Positions 33,989 to 45,502 of a stretch of 64,000 bases of DNA are shown here, piece after piece (position 1 is the first letter of the stretch; each line of letters opens with the position of its first letter). This DNA is from Gemmatimonadota bacterium (lineage in GTDB: Bacteria; Gemmatimonadota; Gemmatimonadetes; Gemmatimonadales; Gemmatimonadaceae): positions 1,033 through 65,032 of the forward strand of contig JBANGJ010000033.1 in the NCBI GenBank assembly GCA_037975505.1, given 5' to 3'. Both the position numbers and the translations under genes were made by a program. Below the pieces are notes generated by a model. That model searched no databases and was not told the origin of the DNA. It was given only the letters and a program-made list of their open reading frames with translations.

Positions 33989-36949
33989 ATGACGCGCTAT
34001 GGCGTGTTCGCGCTGCTCGCTACGCTCTGTGTGAGCGAACCGGCGCTCGCCCAGAACACCAAGATCACCGGCACGGTCCGCAATGCGGACGGTGGCGCGC
34101 CGGTGTTCGGTGCCACCATCGAGGTCACCGGCGGCGCCGCGACGCGCGGGGCCCTGACCCGCGAGGACGGCCGCTACACCATCGCCGTCGAGCCCGGGAC
34201 CTACACGGTCCGGGTGCGTCGCATCGGCTTCTCGACCGACTCCGCCGCCGGCGTGGTCGTCCGCGCCGGCGCCACGGCGACGACCAACTTCACGCTCCGC
34301 GCGAGCGCGACGCAGATCGTCGGCGTGACGGTGACCGGCTACGGCACCCAGGAGGTCCGTGACATCACGGGCTCCGTGAAGGCCGTGACCGCCCGGGAGT
34401 TCAACCCGGGACGCGTGGTCAGCGCCGAGCAGCTCATCCAGGCCAAGGTGCCGGGCGTGCAGGTCATCGAGAGCAACGAGCCGGGCGGTGGCATCTCGCT
34501 CCGGATCCGTGGCGGCACCTCGATCAACGCCAGCAACGAGCCGCTCATCGTCGTCGACGGCGTGCCCCTCAACGTCGGGGGCGGGCTCTCCTCGGGCCGC
34601 AACCCGCTGAACTTCCTGAATCCGAACGACATCAAGGAGATCACCGTCCTCAAGGACGCCCAGGCCACGGCGATCTACGGCTCGCGTGGCGCGAACGGCG
34701 TGCTGATGATCACGACGAAGTCGGGGTCGGCGGCGGAGCCGGTGCTCACCTACTCGACCAACTTCTCGACCTCCTCGGTGATCCGGACCCCGGATCTCCT
34801 CTCGCCGAACCAGTTCCGCACCGCGGTGACGACGTTCGCGAACTCCAACGTGTCGAAGCTGGGCACGGCGCAGACGAACTGGCTGGACCGCGTGCTCCGC
34901 AGCGCGGGCGGCATCGAGAACAACATCTCGCTCGCGGGCATCCGCGATGACGCGCGCTATCGCCTCTCCCTCGGTCGCCTCCGCCAGGACGGCGTCCTCG
35001 CCGGCACCACGGCGGAGCGGACCACGATCGCGATGACGTACAGCGATCTGATGCTGAACGACCAGATCGAGTTCCGGGCGAACCTGAAGGGGAGCCGGTC
35101 GGACGACCAGTACACCCCGGGTGGCGTGCTCGGCAACGCGATCGCGATGGACCCGACGCAGGCGCCGCTCACCGGCAGTAGCTACTTCCAGTGGACCGAC
35201 CCGCTCGGCCCGAACAACCCGCTGGCGGACCTCGCGGTGCTGCAGGACCGCGGGCAGACCTACCGCACGGTGGGCAACATCGAGGCCAAGTACTTCATCC
35301 CGCGGGTGACCGGCCTCTCCGCGACGGTGCGCACCGGGTTCGACCTCGCGACCTCGCAGCGTACCTCGTTCTCGCCGTCGTACGCCCAGCAGGACAAGGA
35401 GACGAGCCGCGGCGGCCGCGTGGACCGCAGCAACCCGCGGCAGTTCAACACCGTCTTCGAGCTCTTCGGCAACTACAACCGCAAGGTGATGGGCGCCACG
35501 GTCGACCTGACCGGCGGCTACACCTACGAGGACCAGACGGGCGATTACCCGTACTACTACTCGCAGGGCCTGTCGACGGACCTCCTCGGCATCAACGGCG
35601 TCCCGTCGGCCCAGATCACGCAGAACTCGCTCTATGTCGAGGAGTCGAAGCTGATCTCGTTCTTCGGTCGCGCGAACGTGTCGTACGCCGACAAGTACCT
35701 CCTCACCGCCAGCCTCCGGCGCGACGGCTCCTCGCGCTTCGGCCCGGGGAACCAGTGGGGTCTCTTCCCGTCCGTGGCCGCCGCGTGGCGCCTCGGCGAT
35801 GAGGCCTTCATGCAGGACCTGCCGTTCTCGGACCTCAAGCTCCGCTTCTCGTGGGGCGTGAACGGCAACCAGGCGTTCGGCAACTACCTGTACATCCCGA
35901 CCTACACCTTCGGCGGGCCGCAGGCGCAGTACCAGTTCGGGAGCCAGTACATCGCGACCATCCGCCCGAGCGCGGTGGACCCGAACATCAAGTGGGAGCA
36001 GACCACGTCGACGAACTTCGGTCTCGACTACGGCCTGTTCAATGACCGCATCACCGGCACGGTCGACGTCTACACGAAGACGACCGACGACCTCATCTTC
36101 ACGGTCCCGGTGGCGGCGGGCACGGCCGTCTCGAACTTCGTGACGACGAACATCGGCTCCATGAAGAACACCGGTCTCGAGCTCGGCCTCACCGCCGTGA
36201 TCCTCGACGGCCGCACCTCGCCGTGGAAGTACGATGCGAGCTTCGCGTTCTCGACGAACACGAACGAGCTCACCGCCATCAGCGGCTCGGGCACGGACCA
36301 GATCCTCACCGGCGGCATCGCCGGCGGCGTGGGCAGCACCATCCAGGTGCTCCAGCCCGGGTCCCCGGTCAACAGCTTCTTCGTGTATCGCCACAAGAAG
36401 GACGCCAACGGCCAGTACGTGACGGGCGACAAGACGGACGCCCAGCTGTACGAGGACCTGAACGGCGACGGCGTCATCAATCAGAACGACCGCGAGGTGT
36501 ACAAGAATCCGGCGCCGAAGTTCATCGTCGGCCACACCTCGACGGCGTCGTACAAGAACTGGGACTTCTCGCTGACCGCCCGAGCCTATCTCGGCAACTA
36601 CGTGTACAACAACGTGGCGTCGAACCTCGGGCACTACTCCGGGCTCCGGGGCGGCGCGCCGACCAACCGGCACGCGTCGGTCATCACGAACGGCTTCGTG
36701 AACCCGCAGTACTTCTCCAGCATCTACGTCGAGGACGCCTCCTTCCTCCGCATCGACAACATCTCGGCGGGGTACACCCTCCGGGACGTGTTCGGCGCGC
36801 GGTCGGCCCGGGCCTTCGTGACGATCCAGAACGCCTTCACGACCTCCAAGTACAGCGGCGTGGATCCCCTCGCCGGCGTGAACGGCATCGACAACAACCT
36901 CTTCCCGCTCTCCCGCACGATCACTGCGGGCCTGAGCATCGGCTACTGA
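33989..36949 (+). CDS. susC: SusC/RagA-family TonB-dependent transporter
   Basis: AAGGAG RBS; TVTGYGTQ, IRGGTSINASNEPLIVVDGVP, LNPNDIKEITVLKDA..TAIYGSRGANGVLMITTK, SFFGR, RRDGSSRFG, IKWEQT, EDASFLRIDN; terminal Y. Confidence 0.96.
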   Translation: MTRYGVFALLATLCVSEPALAQNTKITGTVRNADGGAPVFGATIEVTGGAATRGALTREDGRYTIAVEPGTYTVRVRRIGFSTDSAAGVVVRAGATATTNFTLRASATQIVGVTVTGYGTQEVRDITGSVKAVTAREFNPGRVVSAEQLIQAKVPGVQVIESNEPGGGISLRIRGGTSINASNEPLIVVDGVPLNVGGGLSSGRNPLNFLNPNDIKEITVLKDAQATAIYGSRGANGVLMITTKSGSAAEPVLTYSTNFSTSSVIRTPDLLSPNQFRTAVTTFANSNVSKLGTAQTNWLDRVLRSAGGIENNISLAGIRDDARYRLSLGRLRQDGVLAGTTAERTTIAMTYSDLMLNDQIEFRANLKGSRSDDQYTPGGVLGNAIAMDPTQAPLTGSSYFQWTDPLGPNNPLADLAVLQDRGQTYRTVGNIEAKYFIPRVTGLSATVRTGFDLATSQRTSFSPSYAQQDKETSRGGRVDRSNPRQFNTVFELFGNYNRKVMGATVDLTGGYTYEDQTGDYPYYYSQGLSTDLLGINGVPSAQITQNSLYVEESKLISFFGRANVSYADKYLLTASLRRDGSSRFGPGNQWGLFPSVAAAWRLGDEAFMQDLPFSDLKLRFSWGVNGNQAFGNYLYIPTYTFGGPQAQYQFGSQYIATIRPSAVDPNIKWEQTTSTNFGLDYGLFNDRITGTVDVYTKTTDDLIFTVPVAAGTAVSNFVTTNIGSMKNTGLELGLTAVILDGRTSPWKYDASFAFSTNTNELTAISGSGTDQILTGGIAGGVGSTIQVLQPGSPVNSFFVYRHKKDANGQYVTGDKTDAQLYEDLNGDGVINQNDREVYKNPAPKFIVGHTSTASYKNWDFSLTARAYLGNYVYNNVASNLGHYSGLRGGAPTNRHASVITNGFVNPQYFSSIYVEDASFLRIDNISAGYTLRDVFGARSARAFVTIQNAFTTSKYSGVDPLAGVNGIDNNLFPLSRTITAGLSIGY

Positions 36950-36967
36950 GCCGGGAGACCACGACCC

Positions 36968-38554
36968 ATGACCAGGATTCTGCGTAATTCGCTTCTCGCG
37001 GCCGCGGCGCTGTTCGTCGGCGCTGCCTGCACGGACCCGACCGTGGCCCCGAAGAGCACCATCAACTCCGAGACGGTCTTCAGCGAGCCGACGGCCTACA
37101 AGGCCTACCTGGCCAAGCTATACGCCGGCCTCGCCGTCACCGGCCAGCAGGGCGCGGCCGGCAACGCCGACATCGGCGGCATCGACGAGGGCTTCTCGCA
37201 GTACTTCCGTCTGCTCTGGCAGATGCAGGAGCTGCCGACCGACGAGGCCGCGGTCTCGTGGGGCGACCAGGGCATCCAGGAGCTCAACACCCAGATCTGG
37301 GGCTCCTCCAACAGCTTCCTGGGCGCGATGTACTATCGCGTGTTCTTCCAGGTGGCGATGGTCAACCAGTTCATGCGGGAGACCAGCGACGCCAAGCTGA
37401 ACGCCCGCGGCGTCTCCACGGCGCTCAAGGATGAGATCGCCGGGTATCGCGCCGAGGCGCGCTTCCTCCGCGCCCTCAGCTACTGGCACGGCCTCGACCT
37501 GTTCGGTGCCATCCCCCTCGTCACGGAGAACTCGGCCGTCGAGACGATGCCCGCGCAGGCCACCAAGCAGGAGATCTTCGACTTCATCGTGAGCGAGCTC
37601 ACGGCCATCCAGGCGGACCTCCCGGCCGCGCGGACCGGCGAGTACGGCCGGGTCGACCGTGGCGCGGCCGCGATGCTGCTGGCGAAGGTCTATATGAACG
37701 CGGAGACCTACATCGGGTCCGAGAAGTACTCGGAGGCCCTGACCGAGGTGAACAAGGTCATCGCCGGCGGGTACACCCTCGATCCGAACTTCCGCCGCAT
37801 CTTCTCGGCCGATAACCACACGTCGCCGGAGATCATCTTCGCCGTGGCGCAGGACGGCCAGAAGATCCAGACGTGGGGGGGGATGACCTTCCTCATCCAC
37901 GCCTCGGTCGGCGGGAACATGAACGCCGGGGATTTCTCGATTGACGGCGGCTGGTGGGGCGTCCGCACGAAGCTCGTCATTGCGAACCTCTATCCGGCCC
38001 TCGGGCCGGCCTCGCCGGACGCGCGGTCGCGGTTCTTCACGACCGACGGCTTCAACACCACGATGACCGACCTGACGAACTTCACGACGGGCGTCGGGTC
38101 GCCGAAGTACACGAACAAGACGTCCACCGGCGCGAACGGGTCGCACCCGACGCACCCGGACACGGACTACCCGATGTTCCGCCTCGCCGACGCGTATCTG
38201 ATGTACGCCGAGATCGCGCTCCGGAAGCCGACGGCCGGCGCGACGACGGGCCAGGCCCTGACGTACGTGAACGCCCTCCGGCAGCGCGCGTACGGCAACA
38301 CCTCGGGGAACATCGCGGCGGGCGCGCTGACGCTCTCGTTCATCCTCGACGAGCGCGCCCGTGAGCTCTTCTGGGAAGGGCACCGCCGCACGGACCTGAT
38401 CCGCTTCGGGCTCTTCACCGGCGCCACCAAGGTGTGGCCGTGGAAGGGCGGGACGCAGGCCGGTCGTACCACGGACGCGTACCGGGCGCTCTACCCGCTC
38501 CCGGCGAGCGAGTTGATCGCGAACAAGAACCTGACCCAGAACACCGGGTACTGA
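36968..38554 (+). CDS. susD: SusD/RagB-family lipoprotein, starch-SusD-like
   Basis: GAAC lipobox; DEGFSQY.R..WQMQELPTDEA..W.D, AEARFLRA, FRLADAYLMYAE, ILDERARELFWEGHRRTDLIRFG, QNTGY. Confidence 0.95.
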   Translation: MTRILRNSLLAAAALFVGAACTDPTVAPKSTINSETVFSEPTAYKAYLAKLYAGLAVTGQQGAAGNADIGGIDEGFSQYFRLLWQMQELPTDEAAVSWGDQGIQELNTQIWGSSNSFLGAMYYRVFFQVAMVNQFMRETSDAKLNARGVSTALKDEIAGYRAEARFLRALSYWHGLDLFGAIPLVTENSAVETMPAQATKQEIFDFIVSELTAIQADLPAARTGEYGRVDRGAAAMLLAKVYMNAETYIGSEKYSEALTEVNKVIAGGYTLDPNFRRIFSADNHTSPEIIFAVAQDGQKIQTWGGMTFLIHASVGGNMNAGDFSIDGGWWGVRTKLVIANLYPALGPASPDARSRFFTTDGFNTTMTDLTNFTTGVGSPKYTNKTSTGANGSHPTHPDTDYPMFRLADAYLMYAEIALRKPTAGATTGQALTYVNALRQRAYGNTSGNIAAGALTLSFILDERARELFWEGHRRTDLIRFGLFTGATKVWPWKGGTQAGRTTDAYRALYPLPASELIANKNLTQNTGY

Positions 38555-38567
38555 GCGGGTGCAGGTT

Positions 38568-38606
38568 GGACGCCCCGCCCGAGGTGGCTGCTCGGGCCGG
38601 GCGTCC
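38568..38606 (+). terminator. Intercistronic hairpin after susD
   Basis: GGACGCCC-C-GCCCGAG loop CTCGGGC-C-GGGCGTCC followed by GCGTTT. Confidence 0.5.
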
Positions 38607-38635
38607 GCGTTTCCCCCCTCGACGCCGCAGGTGAC

Positions 38636-41152
38636 ATGTCGGTCCTGACCCTCGTCGCGCCGATCACCGGCGTCGTCACACCGCTCCGCGCGGTCCCGGA
38701 TCCCGCCTTTGCCTCCGGCACCGTCGGGCAGGGCGTTGCCGTCGATCCCCTCGACGCCGTTCTCGTCGCCCCGTGCGACGCCGTGGTGCGGCATATCCAC
38801 CGCGCACGGCACGCGGTGACGCTGGACGCGGGGGGCGTGGAGATTCTCCTCCACGTGGGGGTGGACACGGTGCGACTCGAGGGCCGTGGCTTCACGGCGC
38901 TCGTCGACGCGGGGAGGTCCGTCCGGGCAGGGACGCCGTTGCTCCGTCTGGACATCGACGTCATCGCACAGGGGGCCGCGAGCCTCCTGACCAGCTGTGT
39001 CGTGCTCACGCCCGGCGTCGAGGTGGAGCCATTCGTTGGCGGCACGCACTGCCGTGCCGGCACCGACGCGCTGCTGCGCATCCGACTGCCGGAGACGGCG
39101 GTTGCCGTCGCAGGCGGGGCCAAGGAGGTGGGGCCGTCATCGTCGGCGCCCGATGTACAGACCCGAACGGTCATCGTCCGCGAGTCCAGCGGCCTCCACG
39201 CGCGCCCGGCCGCGCTGCTCGCGACCATCGCACGCGGGTTCGAGGCTGAGCTCCGGCTGGCCAAGGGCGCGCGCGCGGTGGACGTGCGGAGCGTCGTGGG
39301 GCTCCTCACCCTCGAGGCCGCCTGCGGCGACGCGCTGACGCTCACCGCCGCCGGCGCGGACGCGGAGGCCGCGCTGGACGCCGTCGCGGGATGGTTCGGC
39401 GGTGCCACACCGTACACGATGACCTCACGGGCCCCGATCCTGACGGGGACGCTTCGGGGCATCGCCGCGGCGCCTGGCCTTGCCGTCGGGGCCGTCCGGC
39501 AGTGGGCCGCGGAGGCGCCGGTGCGCCCGCGGCGCACGGAGGACGCGACGGGCGAACGTCGGCGTCTGGAGGCCGCCACGGCCACCGCCGGCATCGAACT
39601 GGAGACGCTGCGCGACCGCTTGATCGCTGAAGGGCACGCGGCGCGGGCGCGCATCTTCGATGCGCACCTCGCGCTCCTCCGCGATCCGGAGCTGGTCTCA
39701 GAGGCCGAGGACCGGCTCCTCGAAGGGTTCGCGGCCGAGTGGGCCTGGTGGTCCACCTGCGCTGCCCAGGCCGAACGGCTGCGCGGGCTGCGTGATGCCA
39801 CCCTCGCCACGCGCGCCACGGACCTGCGCGACGTGGGGCGGCGCGTGACGCGCCTGCTCGGCGAGGGCGAGGCCTCCGTAGACGCGCTGGCCGCCCTCGC
39901 GGGGCTGATCGTCGTGGCGGAGGACCTCACGCCGAGTGAGGTGGTGGACCTCGGTCGGGCTGGCGTGGTTGGCCTTTGCATGACCTCCGGGGGCGCCAAC
40001 GCCCACGCGGCGATCCTGGCCCGCGGCTTGGGGCTCCCCACCGTGGTCGGAATCGATCCGGCCGTCCTCGGCGTGCCCGATGGCGTGGAGGCCATCCTCG
40101 ATGCCGGGACAGGCACGCTGCAGTTGGCGCCGGGCGCCGAGGCTTGCGAGGCGGTCCACGCGCGGCAGCAGCGCGCGCAGGCGCGGCACGCCGCCGACCT
40201 CGCCGCGGCGCACGCCCCGTCGGTGACGCAGGACGGCCAGCACGTGCCGGTGCTTGCCAACGTTGGCGATGCCGATGGGAGCGGGGCGCGTCGGGCGTTG
40301 GCGGCCGGGGCGGAGGGAATCGGCCTGTTCCGGAGCGAGTTCGCCTTTGAGCATCGCGCGGAGTCACCCACCGAGGCGGAGCAGGTGGCGAGCTATTCGG
40401 CGGCGGCGGGGGGGATCGGGGTGGGGCGACCGGTGGTGATCCGTCTCCTTGACGTGGGGGGCGACAAGCCGCTCCCCTACCTGCCGATGCCGATCGAGGC
40501 GAACCCCTTCCTCGGAGAGCGGGGCCTGCGGTTTCTCTTCACGCACGAGACGGTGTTGCGCACGCAGCTGCGCGCCGTGCTGCGCGCGGCGGCCGCAGGC
40601 CCCGTGGCGCTCCTATTGCCCATGGTGACCACGCTGGATGAACTCACGCGGGTGCGGGCGCTCGTCGAGGCGGAGCGGGTGGCCCTCGGGGCGCCGGCGA
40701 TCCCCGTGGGGGTGATGATCGAGACGCCGGCGGCCGCGCTCCTCGCCGATCGACTCGCGGCGTCGGCGGACTTTCTCTCCATCGGCACCAACGACCTCAC
40801 CCAGTACGCGCTGGCGATGGACCGCACGCACCCGCGGCTCGCGGCCCAGGCGGATGCGCTCCATCCCGCGGTACTCCGCCTGATCGCGCAGACCGTTGAG
40901 GGGGCGCGCCAGCACCGCCGCCCCGTCACGGTGTGCGGGGCGCTCGCGGGGGATCTCGCCGCCGTGCCCCTCCTGTTGGGGCTCGGTGTCGAGGAGCTGA
41001 GCGTGGACGTGCCGCTCATCGCGGCGGTGAAGGCGCGGGTGCGCGGCCTCACGCTGGCCGACTGTCGGGTGACGGCGCAGGCGGCCCTCGCCTGCGCTGA
41101 CGCCACCGAGGTGCGCGCGCTCGCTGCGGCGCGCCACGGGGAGGAGAGCTGA
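38636..41152 (+). CDS. ptsP: PTS multiphosphoryl transfer protein EIIA(Glc)-HPr-EI
   Basis: EIIA: [20 protein letters not shown]. HPr: GLHARPA. EI: [45 protein letters not shown]. Confidence 0.93.
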   Translation: MSVLTLVAPITGVVTPLRAVPDPAFASGTVGQGVAVDPLDAVLVAPCDAVVRHIHRARHAVTLDAGGVEILLHVGVDTVRLEGRGFTALVDAGRSVRAGTPLLRLDIDVIAQGAASLLTSCVVLTPGVEVEPFVGGTHCRAGTDALLRIRLPETAVAVAGGAKEVGPSSSAPDVQTRTVIVRESSGLHARPAALLATIARGFEAELRLAKGARAVDVRSVVGLLTLEAACGDALTLTAAGADAEAALDAVAGWFGGATPYTMTSRAPILTGTLRGIAAAPGLAVGAVRQWAAEAPVRPRRTEDATGERRRLEAATATAGIELETLRDRLIAEGHAARARIFDAHLALLRDPELVSEAEDRLLEGFAAEWAWWSTCAAQAERLRGLRDATLATRATDLRDVGRRVTRLLGEGEASVDALAALAGLIVVAEDLTPSEVVDLGRAGVVGLCMTSGGANAHAAILARGLGLPTVVGIDPAVLGVPDGVEAILDAGTGTLQLAPGAEACEAVHARQQRAQARHAADLAAAHAPSVTQDGQHVPVLANVGDADGSGARRALAAGAEGIGLFRSEFAFEHRAESPTEAEQVASYSAAAGGIGVGRPVVIRLLDVGGDKPLPYLPMPIEANPFLGERGLRFLFTHETVLRTQLRAVLRAAAAGPVALLLPMVTTLDELTRVRALVEAERVALGAPAIPVGVMIETPAAALLADRLAASADFLSIGTNDLTQYALAMDRTHPRLAAQADALHPAVLRLIAQTVEGARQHRRPVTVCGALAGDLAAVPLLLGLGVEELSVDVPLIAAVKARVRGLTLADCRVTAQAALACADATEVRALAAARHGEES

Positions 41153-41154
41153 CC

Positions 41155-42864
41155 ATGGCACGCCTGCGATTCGGGTGGCTGCAGCAGGTCGGCAAGTCCC
41201 TCATGCTCCCGGTGTCGGTGCTCCCGGCGGCGGGGATCCTGCTCGGCATCGGCAGCGCGGGATTCGCCGTGCTCCCGCCCGCGGCCTCGACGCTGATGGC
41301 CCAGGCCGGAGGCGCGATCTTCGGGAATCTTCCGCTGATCTTCGCGGTGAGCGTGGCTCTGGGCCTGACCGGGGGCGAGGGGGCCGCGGCGCTCGCCGCC
41401 GTGGTCGGCTTCGCCGTCCTCGTGGCGACGATGGGCGCGGTGGCGCCGCACCTCGGCTACGCGCCCGAGGCGCTCCGTCCCGTCCTCGGCATCCCGAGCA
41501 TCGACACCGGCGTCTTTGGTGGGCTCGTCATCGGGACGATCGTCGCAGCGCTATACCGGCGGTACGCGGGGGCCAAGCTGCCGGCGGCGCTCGGCTTCTT
41601 CTCCGGCTCGCGCCTCATCCCCATCCTCGCCACCCTCGCGGCGGTCGTCACCGGCGTGGCGCTCGCGGTGGCTTGGCGCCCGATCGGGGCGCAGATCGGT
41701 GCCTTCTCGCACTGGGCCGCGACGGAGAGCCCCGCGACGGCGTTCACGCTGTATGGGCTGGTGGAGCGGGCGCTCCTGCCGTTCGGGCTGCACCACATCT
41801 GGAACGCGCCGTTCTTCTTCGAGGTGGGGCAGTTCGTCGACCCCGCGACGGGCCAGCTCGTGCGCGGGGAGATCCCGCGGTTCATGGCGGGGGACCCCAC
41901 GGCGGGGCATCTCGCGGGCGGGTACCTGTTCAAGATGTGGGGGCTGCCGGCGGCGGCCGCCGCCATCTGGCGCACCGCGCGATCGGAGCAGCGCACGAAG
42001 GTCGGCGGCATCATGCTCTCGGCCGCGTTGACCTCGTTCCTGACGGGGATCACCGAGCCGATCGAGTTCGCCTTCCTCTTCGTGGCCCCCGTGCTCTACG
42101 GCCTGCATGCGGTGTTGGCGGGGCTCGCTTATCTAGTGGCGATCCTGCTCGGCATCCGGCATGGAACGTCCTTCTCGCACGGACTCATCGACTACGTGGT
42201 GCTCTTCCCGCGGAGCACGCACGGGGCGTGGCTGCTCTGGCTCGGGCCGCTCTACGCCGTGGGGTACTTCACGATCTTCCGCTGGGCCATCCTGCGCTGG
42301 CAGCTCGCGACCCCCGGGCGGGAACCCGAGCTGGCGGCGGGCCCGGCGGCGGGGGCGGCCGACTCCCTCGCGGCACGGCTCGTGGCGGCGTTCGGTGGGG
42401 CGGAGAACATCGCCGCGCTCGACGCGTGCATCACCCGCCTGCGGGTGGAGGTCCGCGACCCGGCGCGCGCGCACCCGGAGGCGCTCAAGGCGCTCGGGGC
42501 GACGGGCGTCTTCCAGGCCGGCGCGAGCGTGCAGGCCGTGTTCGGCACGCGATCGGAGGCGCTCAAGGGGGAGATGCGGCGCGTCCTCGGCGGTGGGGCC
42601 CCGGCGGGCGATCCGGACGGCGACGCCCTGCTCGCCGCGCTGGGCGGGGCCGCGAACGTCTCGGCGGTCGCGGATGTGGCGGGGACTCGGGTCCGCGTCG
42701 TGCTGCGCGACCTCGGACGCCTGGACGAGTCGGCGCTGACGGCGCTCGGCGTGCGTGGGGTCCAGATGCTCGACGGGGGCGTCGCGCACCTCGTGGTCGG
42801 TGCGGACGCCCCCGTCGTGGCGCAGGCCCTGCGGTCCCGGCTCAGTTCCCCAGCAGGAACTTGA
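41155..42864 (+). CDS. ptsG: PTS glucose-family permease EIICB with second degenerate EIIB
   Basis: [79 protein letters not shown]. Confidence 0.92.
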   Translation: MARLRFGWLQQVGKSLMLPVSVLPAAGILLGIGSAGFAVLPPAASTLMAQAGGAIFGNLPLIFAVSVALGLTGGEGAAALAAVVGFAVLVATMGAVAPHLGYAPEALRPVLGIPSIDTGVFGGLVIGTIVAALYRRYAGAKLPAALGFFSGSRLIPILATLAAVVTGVALAVAWRPIGAQIGAFSHWAATESPATAFTLYGLVERALLPFGLHHIWNAPFFFEVGQFVDPATGQLVRGEIPRFMAGDPTAGHLAGGYLFKMWGLPAAAAAIWRTARSEQRTKVGGIMLSAALTSFLTGITEPIEFAFLFVAPVLYGLHAVLAGLAYLVAILLGIRHGTSFSHGLIDYVVLFPRSTHGAWLLWLGPLYAVGYFTIFRWAILRWQLATPGREPELAAGPAAGAADSLAARLVAAFGGAENIAALDACITRLRVEVRDPARAHPEALKALGATGVFQAGASVQAVFGTRSEALKGEMRRVLGGGAPAGDPDGDALLAALGGAANVSAVADVAGTRVRVVLRDLGRLDESALTALGVRGVQMLDGGVAHLVVGADAPVVAQALRSRLSSPAGT

Positions 42865-45502
42865 GCGGAATCTCCACGCGCTGGCGCCACGCCCGCTCCG
42901 TGTGTTCGGCGCCCTCGAACACCCGGCTCAGGACGGCCGTGCCCGTGTAGCCCTTGGTGCGGAAGAGCGTGTCCGCCCGCGCCTGGAACTCGCCATATGT
43001 GGCGTCGAGCGTCATCGTCCCCCGGTCCATGTACACCCGGTGCGTGGCCGGGTCCGGGAGCTCCTTCGCGAGGTAGTCGAGCATCGCCCCGTCCCCGGCC
43101 GGCCAATGCGTCGACAGGGCGGCCACGGCGCCGAACACGTCCGGAAACTCGGCCATCGCGTAGAGCGAGATGATTCCGCCCATGCTCGAGCCCATCAGCA
43201 TCGTGTCGTCCCGGCCGGTGCGGGTGCGATACGTGCGGTCGATGTACGGCTTGAGTTCGGTGATGAGGAAGCGCAGGTAGCCGTCGGAGAGCGGCCGTCC
43301 CGTGACCGGAGGGAGCTCGGAGCCCATCGAGAAGACCGAGTCGTCGGGGGCGAGGGACTTGGCCCCCATGTACTCCTGGCTCCGGCGCGACGAGTTCCAG
43401 ATGCCGACGAGGATCGCCGGGCGCACCTGCCGCTCCGCGATGAGCCGCGTCATCGTCTCGTCGAGCCCCCAATCGACGCCGCTGAACGACGTCGCGGGAT
43501 CGAACACGTTCTGTCCGTCCTGCAGGTAGATCACCGGGTAGCGCGCGGTGGTGTCACGCCCGTAGCCCGGTGGGAGCCAGACCTCGACCTGCCGCGGTGA
43601 GATGTTGCGGGACGCGAAGCTCCGGACAATGCGTCGCTCCCCGGTCACGCCGAGCGAGGGACCGGGCACCTCGCGCGCGGTGATCGGGAAGATGCATCCC
43701 GCGCGTCGCGGCAGGGCGATGACGACGACGTTCCCCTGCGGCTCTGGCGTCGCGCACGCCTCGAGCAGGTCGGGGCCGAGCAGGCCCAGCGGCACGCGCA
43801 CCGTGGTGGCCGTCGTGTCGTTGTTGATGGCGACGAGCGTGTTGCCGCGCCGGTAGACCCAGGTCTGCTCGGTCAGCACCACCGTCTCGGTCTGTGGCCC
43901 GCGAAGGTCGGCCCGTGCAGCCCGGAGCTTCACCAGCGCCTGCAGGTGCGCAAACACCTGGTCCTCCTCGGGGGTGCGCCCCGTCGGCTCGAACGCGTTC
44001 CGCGCGTCGCCGGCCCAGCCGCCGGGGAAGTCCCGCCGGTTGTCGGGGTCCCCGCCGCCCGGCATGGCGATCTCATCGCCGTAATACACCAGCGGGGTGC
44101 CGCGTGAGGTCATCAGCACGGTGTAGGCGAGCTTGAGCCCGTCGATCGTGGCCCGGGGGTCGCTCATGAAGCGCGGGACGTCGTGCAGACCGAGCAGCGT
44201 GACCAGCGAGCTTGGATCCTTGTACAGCCGGTCGCGCGCGAGCATCTGCGCCACGCCGCGCACGGAGCCGCCCTCCGCGAAGGCGCTCCGCAGCGGGTAG
44301 TAGAGCGGGAAGTCGAACAGCGCGTCCACGCCGGTGTCGATACCGTCCCACTGCGCCACGCCGCCCTGGAAGAACGCCGTCATCGTGGGATCGCCGTCGA
44401 GGACCTCCCCCACGACCTTCAGCGTCGGGAATTCCTTCTTGATGGCCCGCATCCAGTCGCGCCAGAAGGCGCGGGGGACGTAGGGCCAGGTGTCCTGCCG
44501 GATCCCATCGAGCCCGGTGACGCCGACCCACCAGAGCGTGTTCTGGAGGAGGTACTGCTTGACCTCCGGGTCGTCCTGATTGAGGTCGGGGAGGATGTCG
44601 AGGAACCACCCGTCGAGCGTCTCCTCGCGCAGGCGCGGCGAGGCATACGGATCGGCGAGGGTCCAGGTCTGCCAGGTGTTGTTCGGATGCCGGTCGGCGG
44701 TGCCGTGGTACCAGGTCGGGGTGGGCGCGTCGGTCACCCACGGGTGATACGGGCCCGTGTGGTTCGCGACCATGTCCATCACGATCTTGATGCCGCTCGC
44801 GTGCGCCTCGTCCACCACCTTGCGGAACTCGTCGAGCGAGCCGAGGTGCTCGTCGACTGCGTAGAAATCCGTGGCGCCGTACCCGTGATAATCGGTGATC
44901 GGCTGCCCGTCGTACGTCTCCTTTCGGTTGAGCCCATCGTTGTTGTCGTAGATGGGGTTCATCCAGACGGCCGTGATCCCGAGCGACTTCAAGTAGGGGA
45001 GCTTCTGGCGGACGCCGGCGAGGTCCCCGCCGTGGTAGTACCGTCCCTTGGCGCGGTCGAGCAGGCCGGTCCCGCGTGGGTCGTCGTTGGAGGGATCGCC
45101 GTTGGCGAAGCGGTCCGGCATCAGCAGGTACATCACGTCGTTGCGGTCGAACCCGAGGAACCGGCCCTGCCGCGAGAGCGGCGGGAGGACCTCGAATCGT
45201 GCGGTGTCGCGCCCCGCCGCCGTGGCGACGACGAGATCATACGTGCCGGGGCGCGCCACGGTGCCGCCGGGGATGGTGACGTCGGCGAATACATACGTGC
45301 CGGCGTCGTTCACCTTGGGCACGCCGCACCGGAGCGCGCCGCACTCGAGCCTCGCCCCGGCGAGGTGCCGGCCGCGGATCATCACCCGCACGGGGTTGAT
45401 CGTCGAGCCCTGCCACCAGCTCGGCGGGTCGGTCTTCAGGACCTCGGGTGCCTGGGCCCCGAGCGCGGCGGTGAGGAAGGGCAGGAGGAGCAGACGTCTC
45501 AT
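42842..45502 (-). CDS. Secreted GH13 cyclomaltodextrinase/neopullulanase fused to alpha/beta-hydrolase esterase
   Basis: Signal peptide; DPPSWW N-domain; [43 protein letters not shown]; esterase VWLPPGY, YLQDGQN, GSSMGG, GAEHTE.AW. Confidence 0.9.
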   Translation of the reverse strand: MRRLLLLPFLTAALGAQAPEVLKTDPPSWWQGSTINPVRVMIRGRHLAGARLECGALRCGVPKVNDAGTYVFADVTIPGGTVARPGTYDLVVATAAGRDTARFEVLPPLSRQGRFLGFDRNDVMYLLMPDRFANGDPSNDDPRGTGLLDRAKGRYYHGGDLAGVRQKLPYLKSLGITAVWMNPIYDNNDGLNRKETYDGQPITDYHGYGATDFYAVDEHLGSLDEFRKVVDEAHASGIKIVMDMVANHTGPYHPWVTDAPTPTWYHGTADRHPNNTWQTWTLADPYASPRLREETLDGWFLDILPDLNQDDPEVKQYLLQNTLWWVGVTGLDGIRQDTWPYVPRAFWRDWMRAIKKEFPTLKVVGEVLDGDPTMTAFFQGGVAQWDGIDTGVDALFDFPLYYPLRSAFAEGGSVRGVAQMLARDRLYKDPSSLVTLLGLHDVPRFMSDPRATIDGLKLAYTVLMTSRGTPLVYYGDEIAMPGGGDPDNRRDFPGGWAGDARNAFEPTGRTPEEDQVFAHLQALVKLRAARADLRGPQTETVVLTEQTWVYRRGNTLVAINNDTTATTVRVPLGLLGPDLLEACATPEPQGNVVVIALPRRAGCIFPITAREVPGPSLGVTGERRIVRSFASRNISPRQVEVWLPPGYGRDTTARYPVIYLQDGQNVFDPATSFSGVDWGLDETMTRLIAERQVRPAILVGIWNSSRRSQEYMGAKSLAPDDSVFSMGSELPPVTGRPLSDGYLRFLITELKPYIDRTYRTRTGRDDTMLMGSSMGGIISLYAMAEFPDVFGAVAALSTHWPAGDGAMLDYLAKELPDPATHRVYMDRGTMTLDATYGEFQARADTLFRTKGYTGTAVLSRVFEGAEHTERAWRQRVEIPLKFLLGN

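Noticed and set aside
33809-36673. Apparent 1201-aa protein ending in DUF429
   Set aside because: The upstream ~950 aa is the antisense of susC; only 33068-33808 is credible.
33989-38554. Lower GC of susC/susD as a sign of recent transfer
   Set aside because: Third codon positions remain almost all G/C; the dip reflects Asn/Thr/Tyr/Phe-rich protein composition.
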